From a virus (lineage: Duplodnaviria > Caudoviricetes), in the IMG/VR virus record IMGVR_UViG_3300032236_000109, positions 1,016 through 65,015 of that record: 64,000 bases of DNA; one strand, given 5' to 3'. Numbering within the stretch: the stretch's first letter is position 1; every line of letters starts with the position of its first letter. A program made the translations under genes and the position numbers. The notes under the pieces are model-generated. The model made no database searches. It saw only the letters and a program-made list of their open reading frames with translations, and had not been told where the DNA came from. Shown piece after piece: positions 54,972-64,000 of this stretch.

Positions 54972-57443
54972 ATGGCAATTGAAAAAGGTTTATACCAAGC
55001 CCCTGAAGGGATTGAATCTCTAGCTCAAGCAGAGCCAGAATTTGAAATAGAGATCGAGGATCCTGAGTCTGTAACAATTGGCATTGATGGCATGGAAATA
55101 TCCTTAGAGCCAGAAGTCGAGACCGCTGATACTTTTGACGCTAACTTAGCGGAGTACATGAGTGATGCAGAGTTATCTTCTGTAGCTGGCGATTTAATCG
55201 GCGAATACGAAGCTGACGTAGCATCTAGAAAAGACTGGATCCAAACTTATGTAGACGGTCTAGAACTCTTGGGTCTAAAAATCGAAGAGAGAACCGAACC
55301 ATGGGAAGGCGCATGCGGCGTTTACCATCCAATTCTTTCCGAAGCAGTAGTGAAGTTCCAAGCAGAAATGATTATGGAAACTTTCCCTGCCGCTGGTCCT
55401 GTAAAGACAGAGATTATTGGTAAAGAAACTACAGAGAAAAAAGAATCTGCATCTCGTGTTCAAGCTGACATGAATTACCAGTTAACAGATGTAATGCAAG
55501 AATACCGTCCTGAGCATGAGCGTTTGCTCTGGGGCTTGGGGATTGCAGGTAACGCCTTTAAGAAGGTGTACTTTGATCCTTCTTTAAACCGCCAAGTAGC
55601 CATGTTTGTACCGGCAGAAGATATGGTGGTTCCTTACGGCGCATCTAATCTAGAGTCGGCAGAGCGTGTTACTCACGTTATGCGTAAGACTGAAAACGAT
55701 ATTGCCCGCTTACAAGCTGCAGGTTTTTACCGTGATATTGATCTTGGTACACCAGACAATGTATTAGACGAAGTAGAGAAAAAGATTGCTGAGAAGCTAG
55801 GCTTTAGAGCTACCTCGGATGACCGCTATAAAGTTTTGGAGATGCACGTTAATCTGGATCTACCCGGATTTGAGCATACTGATGAAGATGGTGAGATGAC
55901 TGGCATTGGATTGCCGTATGTTGTCTCGATTGAAAAAGGATCTGGCTCTGTATTAGCCATCCGCCGCAACTGGAACCCAGACGATGAGACACATCAAAAA
56001 CGCCAGCACTTTGTTCATTACGGTTACATTCCGGGCTTTGGTTTCTATTGCTTTGGTCTTATTCATCTTATTGGAGCTTTTGCCAAGTCTGGTACTTCTA
56101 TCCTTAGACAGCTCGTGGATGCGGGATCCCTCGCTAACTTGCCGGGCGGCTTTAAGACCCGTGGCATGCGAATCAAAGGTGACGACACACCGATAGCACC
56201 GGGCGAATTCCGTGACGTAGATGTACCAAGCGGAACCATGAAGGACAATATTCTTCCTCTGCCATACAAAGAGCCATCATTAGTATTAGCTCAATTGCTA
56301 GATAAAGTTGTTGACGAAGGACGCCGCTTTGCTTCTGCAGCAGATCTCAAAGTTGCCGACATGTCAGGGAATACCCCAGTAGGGACAACCCTAGCAATCT
56401 TGGAAAGAACTCTCAAAGTAATGTCTGCGGTACAAGCCCGTGTTCATTATTCTATGAAGCAAGAGTTCCGTTTACTAAAGCGCATTATCGCTGACTACAC
56501 ACCAGAAGACTATAGCTATGAGCCATCTGACGGTCGCCGTTCTGCTAAGCGTTCTGACTATGACAACGTTGACGTTATCCCAGTAAGCGATCCTAATGCA
56601 GCGACAATGAGTCAAAAGATTATGCAGTATCAAGCTGCTCTTCAATTGTCTCAAGGCGCTCCACAGTTATATAACTTACCGCTATTACACCGTGAGATGC
56701 TAGATGCTTTAGGTATTAAAAATGCAGCCAAGTTAGTTCCATTACCAGACGATCAAAAGCCACGGGATCCAATTTCGGAAAACATGGCGGCGTTCAAAAT
56801 GGAACCGCTAAAAGCATTCTTGTACCAAGACCACGAAGCGCACATTGCCGTTCATATGGCTGCAATGCAAGATCCAAAGATCATGGCAACAATGGGTCAA
56901 AACCCAAATGCCCAAATGATTCTTGGCGCTATGATGTCTCACATTCAAGAACACGTTGGATACGAATACCGCCGTCAGATGGAAGAGATGATCGGCGTTC
57001 CAATTCCATACGATGAAGAAAACGAAGATGGAATTCCACAAGAGATGGAACTCCAGATCGCAAGATTGGCAGCACCTGCAGCTCAGAAATTACTGCAGCT
57101 CAGCCAGTCACAAGCTGCTCAACAGCAAGCACAGCAACAGGCTCAGGATCCGTTGATCCAGATCCAACAAGCTGAACTAGCCGTTAAGCAACAAGACGCT
57201 GCGACTAAGCAGCAAAAAGTCCAGATGGATGCGCAAGCGAAAGCCCAGCAAATTGCAATTGAGCAAGAACGAATTGCTTCTCAAGAGCGTATTGCGGCTA
57301 TGCAAAACCAAACGAAGATGGATAAGGATAGAACCCAAATGGCTATCCAAAGTGATATTGAACATGCACGACTTGCGGTGGACATCGGCAAGCATGAACA
57401 ACAGATGTCCGTACAGAAGGAGAAACCAACGAAAGGTAAATGA
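54972..57443 (+). CDS. Portal protein
   Basis: 823 aa directly after TerL; Gln-rich coiled-coil barrel C-terminus as in P22-like portals. Confidence 0.85.
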   Translation: MAIEKGLYQAPEGIESLAQAEPEFEIEIEDPESVTIGIDGMEISLEPEVETADTFDANLAEYMSDAELSSVAGDLIGEYEADVASRKDWIQTYVDGLELLGLKIEERTEPWEGACGVYHPILSEAVVKFQAEMIMETFPAAGPVKTEIIGKETTEKKESASRVQADMNYQLTDVMQEYRPEHERLLWGLGIAGNAFKKVYFDPSLNRQVAMFVPAEDMVVPYGASNLESAERVTHVMRKTENDIARLQAAGFYRDIDLGTPDNVLDEVEKKIAEKLGFRATSDDRYKVLEMHVNLDLPGFEHTDEDGEMTGIGLPYVVSIEKGSGSVLAIRRNWNPDDETHQKRQHFVHYGYIPGFGFYCFGLIHLIGAFAKSGTSILRQLVDAGSLANLPGGFKTRGMRIKGDDTPIAPGEFRDVDVPSGTMKDNILPLPYKEPSLVLAQLLDKVVDEGRRFASAADLKVADMSGNTPVGTTLAILERTLKVMSAVQARVHYSMKQEFRLLKRIIADYTPEDYSYEPSDGRRSAKRSDYDNVDVIPVSDPNAATMSQKIMQYQAALQLSQGAPQLYNLPLLHREMLDALGIKNAAKLVPLPDDQKPRDPISENMAAFKMEPLKAFLYQDHEAHIAVHMAAMQDPKIMATMGQNPNAQMILGAMMSHIQEHVGYEYRRQMEEMIGVPIPYDEENEDGIPQEMELQIARLAAPAAQKLLQLSQSQAAQQQAQQQAQDPLIQIQQAELAVKQQDAATKQQKVQMDAQAKAQQIAIEQERIASQERIAAMQNQTKMDKDRTQMAIQSDIEHARLAVDIGKHEQQMSVQKEKPTKGK

Positions 57444-57631
57444 TGGATCCTTTAGCAGTAGTACTCATAGAGGCGAAAGACCGCCTTGCAATGCTCAGTG
57501 AGGCATTACAAAAAGGTCATTGCGCATCTTACGATGAGTACAAATACATATGTGGACAGATTCGAGGTCTAGAGTCTGCATGTGGAATCATACTAGACCT
57601 TCAGAAAAAAATGGAGACCTCCGATGAGTGA
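57440..57631 (+). CDS. Small head-module protein
   Basis: YDEYKY.CG.IRGL. Confidence 0.6.
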   Translation: MMDPLAVVLIEAKDRLAMLSEALQKGHCASYDEYKYICGQIRGLESACGIILDLQKKMETSDE

Positions 57632-58025
57632 TCTTAAGTTAGACCAAGCAGTAGATTTATCCGCATTACTCAACAAAGACGCAGATGACAAAGCCCGTCA
57701 ATTGCCTCAACCAACTGGTTATCGCATTCTTTGCGCTATTCCAGAGGTAGAAGCAGAGTACGAAAGTGGCTTAATAAAAGCAGACGCAACCATTAACTAT
57801 GAAGAAAAGCTGGCAACAGTCCTTTTCGTGGTAGATCTTGGTCCAGATTGCTATTTAGATAAAACAAGGTTCCCAAATGGACCTTGGTGCCAACGTGGTG
57901 ACTTTGTAATCGTAAGACCAAACGCTGGAACACGCCTGTTAATTCATGGTCGTGAGTTCAGATTGATCAATGATGATTCCGTAGAGTCCGTAGTCCAAGA
58001 CCCTCGTGGAATTAAACGTGCTTAA
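57624..58025 (+). CDS. GroES-like co-chaperonin
   Basis: PTGYRIL..SGLI..VVDLGP..GDFV..G.EFRLINDDSV. Confidence 0.8.
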   Translation: MSDLKLDQAVDLSALLNKDADDKARQLPQPTGYRILCAIPEVEAEYESGLIKADATINYEEKLATVLFVVDLGPDCYLDKTRFPNGPWCQRGDFVIVRPNAGTRLLIHGREFRLINDDSVESVVQDPRGIKRA

Positions 58026-58035
58026 GGAGTAATAA

Positions 58036-58992
58036 ATGCCACAAGAACTAAAACAGTTCGAATTTCCAGACGAAATTGAAGTTGAAGGTACTAATACTGA
58101 AAACGCCAATCAAGATGGATTCGAAATTGAGATTGAAAACGATACTCCTCCACAGGATCGTAATCGTAAACCCGTAGATCCTGAAGTTGCTGAAGCAGTA
58201 GAGGAAGAAAACCTCGAAAAATTCAACAATGATCAGAATGAAGCTATCAAAGCAGCTAAAAAACTCTGGCACCAAGAGCGCCGTGAGAAGGATGCTGCAG
58301 TTCGAGAGCAGCAAGAAGCCCTGAAATTGGCAAAAATTGCGCTTGAAGAGAACAAAAAGCTCAAAGAACGTCTACATAATGGTGAAAACGCTTTTGTTGA
58401 CACGGTAAAACAGTCCGCTCAACAAGAATTGGAGTCAGCAAAGGTAGCATTTAAGGCTGCATATGAGTCTGGTGACGCAGATAAGCTGTTAGAAGCCCAA
58501 GAGCGCATGACAAATGCAAAGATTAAGGCAGATAGAGCAGAAAACTATCGTCCTCAACCTGAAAAGGCTTTACAACTACCAGAAGCTGATGTACAAATAC
58601 AACAACCGCAAGTAAATGCGCCCGATAAGAAGGCTCTTAAATGGCAAAAACGCAATCAATGGTTTGGTCAAGACGAAGAGATGACTAGCTTAGCGCTTGG
58701 CTTGCATGAGAAATTGGTACGTAACGGGGTCCCGGCTGGATCAAGTGAATACTACGAAAGCATTGATAAAACGATGCGCAAACGCTTCCCTGAGAATTTC
58801 GAGGAAGAAGAAGTAGAGGTAGAAGAACCCGAAAAGGTTCAGAAACCTAAAGCTAGTACGGTAGTCGCTCCGGCAACACGAAGTACGTCTCCGAAAAAGA
58901 TTCGTATGAGCAAAACCCAAGTCCTGCTTGCGAAAAAGCTAGGTCTTACCCCAGAGCAGTACGCCCGTGAACTAACTAAATTGGAGTCTTAA
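58036..58992 (+). CDS. Putative capsid scaffolding protein
   Basis: Acidic coiled coil; C-terminal AKKLGLTPEQYA; upstream of capsid genes. Confidence 0.7.
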   Translation: MPQELKQFEFPDEIEVEGTNTENANQDGFEIEIENDTPPQDRNRKPVDPEVAEAVEEENLEKFNNDQNEAIKAAKKLWHQERREKDAAVREQQEALKLAKIALEENKKLKERLHNGENAFVDTVKQSAQQELESAKVAFKAAYESGDADKLLEAQERMTNAKIKADRAENYRPQPEKALQLPEADVQIQQPQVNAPDKKALKWQKRNQWFGQDEEMTSLALGLHEKLVRNGVPAGSSEYYESIDKTMRKRFPENFEEEEVEVEEPEKVQKPKASTVVAPATRSTSPKKIRMSKTQVLLAKKLGLTPEQYARELTKLES

Positions 58993-58993
58993 A

Positions 58994-59443
58994 ATGGCTG
59001 AAGTAAGAAAAACTCGTGAGCTTGAAACCCGTGTAACAATGGAGCGCCCTAACAGTTGGCAGCAACCAGAATTACTCCCTGAACCTGATAAACAGGCTGG
59101 GTTTGCTTATCGCTGGATTCGTGTCGCAACACTGAACAACCCAGATCCACGTAATCTTTCAGGAAAACTGAGAGAAGGATGGGAACCTGTTCGTATTGAG
59201 GAACAACCTAAATTCCAACTGTTAGTCGATCCGACAAGTCGCTTTAAGGACAACATCGAAATCGGCGGTTTGTTGCTTTGCAAAACCCCAGAAGAGTTTG
59301 TCGCACAGCGTAACGCTTATTACGCTAACCAAACACAAGCCCAGACGGATGCTGTAGACAACAATCTCATGCGCCAGAGCGATCCTCGTATGCCACTCTT
59401 TAAAGAGAGTAAGTCTACGAGTACCAAAGGCGTTACAAATTAA
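58994..59443 (+). CDS. Head-module protein
   Basis: YRWIR..EGWEPV..GGLLLCK. Confidence 0.6.
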   Translation: MAEVRKTRELETRVTMERPNSWQQPELLPEPDKQAGFAYRWIRVATLNNPDPRNLSGKLREGWEPVRIEEQPKFQLLVDPTSRFKDNIEIGGLLLCKTPEEFVAQRNAYYANQTQAQTDAVDNNLMRQSDPRMPLFKESKSTSTKGVTN

Positions 59444-59464
59444 CTTTTATTAATGGAGATTTAA

Positions 59465-60091
59465 ATGGCTTATCCAACCGTTTCTGCTCCCTACGGCTTA
59501 GACCCTGTTAACCGTGCTGACTTTATGCCTTATGCGGGCGCAACTCAGCAATTGCCAATCGCTAGTACTTATAACACTGCGATTTTCAATGGTGACATCG
59601 TTATGGTCAAAGGTGGCAATATCATCAAATCAAACGTAACTGTAGACGCTACTACTGACAATACCGCTAACTTAACATACGGTGTTTTCATGGGCGTTCA
59701 ATACGTTAACACTCAAGGTCAAACAGTTCAGGCTCAGTACTATCCCGGTAATGCTGCTGCTACTTCTGCTATTGCTTATGTTGTTAGCGATCCTATGGCT
59801 GCGTTTAAAGTTGCTATTACCTATTCAGCTAATACAACTATCACTACTGCCAACTCTTCTGTTGTTGGTACTAACATGACTATCCTGCAATCTACAGGTT
59901 CTACTACTACTGGTGACTCAGCAATTTCTGTTGTTGCTCCAGTAATCGGAACCGGTAACGCTGCAGCATTGCCTGTTAAATGTATCGCCGTAGTTCCAGA
60001 GACTGCTACTGGTAATAACGCCTACACGGAAGTTATCGTGAAGTTGAATAACCCACAGATGCTGGCAACTGCAGCACAAAACTACGTATAA
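59465..60091 (+). CDS. Putative capsid decoration/minor capsid protein
   Basis: Immediately upstream of the capsid gene; beta-rich. Confidence 0.6.
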   Translation: MAYPTVSAPYGLDPVNRADFMPYAGATQQLPIASTYNTAIFNGDIVMVKGGNIIKSNVTVDATTDNTANLTYGVFMGVQYVNTQGQTVQAQYYPGNAAATSAIAYVVSDPMAAFKVAITYSANTTITTANSSVVGTNMTILQSTGSTTTGDSAISVVAPVIGTGNAAALPVKCIAVVPETATGNNAYTEVIVKLNNPQMLATAAQNYV

Positions 60092-60104
60092 AGGAGCTAA
60101 TTAA

Positions 60105-61013
60105 ATGGCTATTTCTCGTGCCCAACTATTAAAAGAGCTTCTGCCCGGTTTGAACGCATTGTTCGGATTGGAATACGCTCGCTACGGTGAAGAACATAAA
60201 GAAGTTTATGAAACAGAGACTTCTGAGCGTTCTTTTGAAGAAGAAACCAAATTGTCTGGCTTTAGCGCAGCACCTGTCAAAAACGAAGGCTCAGCCATCG
60301 CTTATGACAATGCGCAAGAAGCATGGACAGCTCGCTACAACCATCAAACTATCGCCCTTGGCTTTAGCTTGACAGAAGAGGCGATCGAAGATAACTTGTA
60401 TGACTCTTTGTCTGCTCGTTACACTAAAGCTTTAGCTCGTGCTATGGCTTACACTAAGCAAGTTAAAGCTGCTGCTGTATTGAACAACGGCTTCACCACT
60501 GGTTACAACGGTGGCGATGGCGTTCCATTGTTCTCTACTGCACATCCTTTGGTTTCTGGTGGTACAAACAGCAACACTCCATCTGTTGCCGCTGACTTGA
60601 ATGAGACTTCTTTGGAGTCTGCTGTTATTCAAATCGCTGCTTGGACAGATGAGCGTGGTCTGTTGATCGCTGCTAAACCTAAGAAATTGGTTGTTCCACC
60701 TGCACTCCAGTTCGTTGCAACTCGCTTGCTCGAAACTGAATTGCGTGTTGGTACAAACGATAACGACATCAACGCAATCAAGAACAATGGTTCCGTTGCT
60801 GAAGGTTACGCTATCAACCACTTCTTGACTGACACAAACGGCTGGTTCTTGACAACTGATGTTCCAAACGGTATGAAGCATTTCGTTCGTACTCCTTTGA
60901 GCAACAGCATGGACGGCGACTTCGATACTGGTAACGTTCGTTACAAGTCTCGTGAGCGTTATTCATTTGGTTGGTCTGATCCTCTTGGTATGTTCGGCAG
61001 CCCCGGCGCCTAA
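60105..61013 (+). CDS. Major capsid protein
   Basis: AAGGAG RBS; biased codon use; LVVPPAL; KSRERYSFGWSDP; terminator follows. Confidence 0.85.
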   Translation: MAISRAQLLKELLPGLNALFGLEYARYGEEHKEVYETETSERSFEEETKLSGFSAAPVKNEGSAIAYDNAQEAWTARYNHQTIALGFSLTEEAIEDNLYDSLSARYTKALARAMAYTKQVKAAAVLNNGFTTGYNGGDGVPLFSTAHPLVSGGTNSNTPSVAADLNETSLESAVIQIAAWTDERGLLIAAKPKKLVVPPALQFVATRLLETELRVGTNDNDINAIKNNGSVAEGYAINHFLTDTNGWFLTTDVPNGMKHFVRTPLSNSMDGDFDTGNVRYKSRERYSFGWSDPLGMFGSPGA

Positions 61014-61035
61014 TACCTTAAAACCCACGGTTTTA

Positions 61036-61066
61036 GACCCCGCCCAAAAAGTGGGGTTTTTTCTTT
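61036..61066 (+). terminator. Intrinsic terminator after the capsid gene
   Basis: ACCCCGC-CCAAAAA-GTGGGGT followed by T-run. Confidence 0.8.
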
Positions 61067-61192
61067 ATAAAAGCTTGTAAATACTTTTACTTGTAGTATT
61101 ATTGGGGTAAACCAGAGTTTTGGTCTATCAAACTGATCTGGCAGACGACATACCGATTGATAGACTTATCTTGTATGTAAGGACAATTTATC

Positions 61193-61702
61193 ATGGCATT
61201 AGCAACAACCTCAGCCGTATGGCGCTCAACAGGTGGTGATCAGACTCGTACAGCTTACGCTGGTTCGATGGACATGGTTGCCCAGTTTTATATTGCAAAC
61301 ACATCTTCAACAACCGCAAACGTAGTAGTTTCTTCTACTAACAACGCTGCTGTTATTCTTCCAGCAAACGCTGTAGTTTTGACTGTAAATATTACTAACC
61401 CATCTACTGGCGCTAACTCTACAGCTAACATTGGTTACACACCTTTGGTTTCTGTTGGTCCCGGTCAAACAACTACTTTAGGCACAAACGTTCCTAATGC
61501 ATTTGTAAACAATGCAAACTTAACAACCCGTCAAGTAATTAATATTGCTGGTACAGGCGCTGGTGCTTCATTGGGTAACGTAGCTAACGCAACTAACCTC
61601 ATCGTTCTTACTTCTGCTATCGGTACTGCTGGTGCAGTTGGTGGTCCAGTTACTGGCTCTATCCGTTACTACATCGCAGACAACGGTCAGCAAAACGTTT
61701 AA
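61193..61702 (+). CDS. Putative virion structural protein
   Basis: ILPANAVVL motif; follows the capsid gene. Confidence 0.6.
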   Translation: MALATTSAVWRSTGGDQTRTAYAGSMDMVAQFYIANTSSTTANVVVSSTNNAAVILPANAVVLTVNITNPSTGANSTANIGYTPLVSVGPGQTTTLGTNVPNAFVNNANLTTRQVINIAGTGAGASLGNVANATNLIVLTSAIGTAGAVGGPVTGSIRYYIADNGQQNV

Positions 61703-61750
61703 TTAATCTAGGGGGATTCGTCCCCCGCTTAAATCTTTAGGAGATTAATT

Positions 61751-62263
61751 ATGACAATGCAATATGACGTAAAAGGCTCGCACCTTAGCGGTTCTGGCTT
61801 TTTATATGTTGGTCGAGTTCGTATGAAAAACTTGGTATATCAAGGTAACGGCACTGCTGGCGCTATTGATATTTTTGATACTAACGCTGCACCTAATGCA
61901 GCTACATACGCACGTACTGGATATGTTGTTACAGTAACTAGTACGGGACATGGTTTAGGTAACGGGCAAACAGTTGGTATTACTTTTGCGCCACTTTCAA
62001 ACGTGTCAGCTACTGCTGGTAATTACCAAATAGGCAATGCAACTGCCAATACATTTACTATTACTGATATTAATACTGGTTCAATTGCTAACACCGCAAA
62101 CTGTACTTATGTTTATGGCGGTAATGAATGGCTTACTAGCTACAATACTGGTACTGCAATACAACCTTTCCAAGTTATTTTTTCTGGTGAAGGCGTATTA
62201 GCAAGAAACGGTGTCTATGCAAACGTAACTAACATATCGTATCAAACTATTCAGTATGGCTAA
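61751..62263 (+). CDS. Putative virion structural protein
   Basis: AGGAG RBS; internal TVT.TGHGL..GQTV..Y.I..NTFTI module. Confidence 0.6.
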   Translation: MTMQYDVKGSHLSGSGFLYVGRVRMKNLVYQGNGTAGAIDIFDTNAAPNAATYARTGYVVTVTSTGHGLGNGQTVGITFAPLSNVSATAGNYQIGNATANTFTITDINTGSIANTANCTYVYGGNEWLTSYNTGTAIQPFQVIFSGEGVLARNGVYANVTNISYQTIQYG

Positions 62264-62513
62264 TAAGAAAACCCCTTCTCTAGCAGTAGGTAGAGGCGAA
62301 AAATTACCAGTATCTAAGGGTGCTGGTCTTACCGCCAAAGGTAGAGCAAAGTACAATGCTGCAACTGGCTCAAACCTTAAAGCCCCACAGCCAGAAGGCG
62401 GAGCAAGAAAGAAATCTTTCTGCGCTCGCATGTCTGGTATGCCGGGTCCAATGAAGGATGAAAAAGGACGCCCTACTCGTAAGGCGGCTAGCTTAGCAAG
62501 ATGGAAATGTTAA
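62256..62513 (+). CDS. Small basic protein
   Basis: GAGLTAKGR..LKAPQP..SFCARM..SL.RWKC. Confidence 0.65.
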   Translation: MANKKTPSLAVGRGEKLPVSKGAGLTAKGRAKYNAATGSNLKAPQPEGGARKKSFCARMSGMPGPMKDEKGRPTRKAASLARWKC

Positions 62514-62761
62514 TGAACGATATAGATCCAATTTCAACAGCAAGAGAATTGGCTACACATGCTAATGACATTTCCCATTTACAGTCGGATATGGACAAAA
62601 TGGTACAAGAAATGCAGGAGATAAAAGCCTGTATCCAGAAGATTGAAAAAACCCTATCCGAAGCTAAAGGTGGTTGGAAAACATTGATGGCTATTGGTGG
62701 CGCTATTAGTATTGTTACCGGCATTGTTGGTGTAATCGTAGGATATTGGAGTGCCAAGTAA
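62513..62761 (+). CDS. Coiled-coil membrane protein (XhlA-like architecture)
   Basis: Coiled coil plus GGW..TM; start could be 62501-62513. Confidence 0.55.
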   Translation: MNDIDPISTARELATHANDISHLQSDMDKMVQEMQEIKACIQKIEKTLSEAKGGWKTLMAIGGAISIVTGIVGVIVGYWSAK

Positions 62762-63351
62762 TGCCAAGTGTCTCTAAAAAACAACACAATTTTATGGAAG
62801 CTATTGCCCATAGCGCCAAGTTTGCCAAAAAAGTTGGAGTTCCTCAATCTGTTGGCAAAGACTTTGCTGCTGCTGACAAAGGTAAAAAATTCAAGAAAGG
62901 TGGCGTTATGGCACACAGCGAAAAAGGCGAAATGAAGAAAGATATTGCGCAAGACAAAAAGCTCATTAAAAAAGCTTTTGGCATGCACGATAAGCAGGAA
63001 CACAAAGGTGAACATACCAATTTATCCAAACTGAAAGAAGGTGGCAACGTGAAATCAATGGGAATGAAAAAAATGGCTCTTAAAGAGACAATGGGTCCAA
63101 AAACAATGTCTAAGGATGTTGAAGCTGGTTCAAACAAACTGCTCAAACATGGTGAGTCTGGCGTTCAAAAAAGTGCGCACACTAAAGGCATGGAAGAGCG
63201 TGACTATAAAACTTTAGGCATTCAAGCTGGTGCTAAAGGTGGTAAAGGCACAATGAACGCCGATCCTATCAAGATGGCTAAAGGTGGTTCTGCATCTAGC
63301 CGTGCTGACGGTATTGCTTCTAAGGGTAAAACCCGTGGGAAGATGTGCTAA
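62761..63351 (+). CDS. Basic Lys/Met/Gly-rich protein with repeated xxGG motifs
   Basis: MPSVSKKQHNFM; FKKGG, LKEGG, MAKGG. Confidence 0.65.
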   Translation: MPSVSKKQHNFMEAIAHSAKFAKKVGVPQSVGKDFAAADKGKKFKKGGVMAHSEKGEMKKDIAQDKKLIKKAFGMHDKQEHKGEHTNLSKLKEGGNVKSMGMKKMALKETMGPKTMSKDVEAGSNKLLKHGESGVQKSAHTKGMEERDYKTLGIQAGAKGGKGTMNADPIKMAKGGSASSRADGIASKGKTRGKMC

Positions 63352-63353
63352 TC

Positions 63354-63773
63354 ATGCCAACTATTAAAGAAGCCCTCCTTGGCACAGACGAACAAAACCG
63401 TGTAGCCCAAAATAATATAGATAGATACAACCTATCTGAACGTGCTCGTAAAGCATTTACAGCTGCACCCGGCGAAGAGATTAGTGATACATATAATTTA
63501 GATACTTACGGTCCTAAGAAAATGAATCGTGAGTCAGCTATGAAAGCTCTAGAAGCCGCTGATTCTGAAAAAGCTCGTGAGCACACTCGTGGTGTCAAAC
63601 CAATGAAAAAAGGTGGAAAAGCTATGGAACACAAGCATAAAATGGAACACGACAAGAAGCATGCTGCTGGCTTTATGCATGAGCAAGATAAAGCTGTTAA
63701 ACATGCGTCTGGTCACAAAATGCACCATGAGCATGTAAAAGCTATGTGCATGGGCGGGAAAGCTAAAAAATGA
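63354..63773 (+). CDS. Protein with His-rich C-terminus and xxGG motifs
   Basis: MKKGG..HKHKMEH..HKMHHEH..MCMGG. Confidence 0.6.
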   Translation: MPTIKEALLGTDEQNRVAQNNIDRYNLSERARKAFTAAPGEEISDTYNLDTYGPKKMNRESAMKALEAADSEKAREHTRGVKPMKKGGKAMEHKHKMEHDKKHAAGFMHEQDKAVKHASGHKMHHEHVKAMCMGGKAKK

Positions 63774-64000
63774 GACCCTCTAGAGGTATGGGAGATATAG
63801 CTCCTTCTAAGATGCCATCTGGCAAAAAGAAAGCCCGTAGAGATGACACAGATTTTGAGCAATTTGCAGAAGGTGGCGCAGTTAAGCCCGGACTTTATGC
63901 CAATATCCATAAAAAGCAAGCACGTATTAAGGCTGGCTCTGGTGAGAGAATGCGTAAAGTTGGATCTAAGGGTGCGCCTACTAAAGAAGCATTTATTCAA
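63770..64000 (+). CDS. Basic protein, 3'-truncated (MRPSRGMG..FAEGG..GLYANIH)
   Basis: ATGA overlap; frame open to the window end; absent from ORF track. Confidence 0.6.
   Translation, partial: MRPSRGMGDIAPSKMPSGKKKARRDDTDFEQFAEGGAVKPGLYANIHKKQARIKAGSGERMRKVGSKGAPTKEAFIQ

Noticed and set aside
1-64000. Integrated prophage with host flanks, or an alternative genetic code
   Set aside because: No host genes, att site or integrase were seen; long genes are intact in the standard code

Overview
The window is a near-complete, apparently circularly permuted dsDNA tailed-phage genome with podovirus-like organisation. A Beta/Gammaproteobacteria-type host is inferred from host regulator boxes. Layout: 52.4-64.0 kb and 1-27.2 kb (+) hold packaging, head, tail, lysis and ejected proteins (TerS, LexA-like DNA-binding domain, TerL, portal, GroES-like protein, scaffold, capsid, five paralogous Gly-rich fibre genes, a GIY-YIG endonuclease, GH19 endolysin, SLT and LPD-type internal proteins). 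28.6-41 kb (-) holds recombination genes (Ref, ERF, PD-(D/E)XK), a glycan-modification cluster (GT10 fucosyltransferase, FkbM-like, radical SAM, two GT-A enzymes) and a mosaic small-gene array. 41-46.6 kb (+) holds RusA, structured RNAs, ParB-like protein, helicase and primase. 46.5-52.1 kb (-) holds small early genes. I saw no integrase, DNA polymerase, tRNA or CRISPR array. The most notable signals are: a complete type II hammerhead ribozyme with pseudoknot (51508-51568, -); an ~80-nt sRNA candidate with two CUCCUC anti-Shine-Dalgarno loops (41636-41716); well-positioned host-regulator boxes (SOS, FNR, PhaR-like); a gene array built from shuffled identical DNA modules (39.0-40.6 kb); and a recurrent [MFYL]xxGG motif across virion-associated proteins. 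All calls are made by eye from motifs, and no database search was run.
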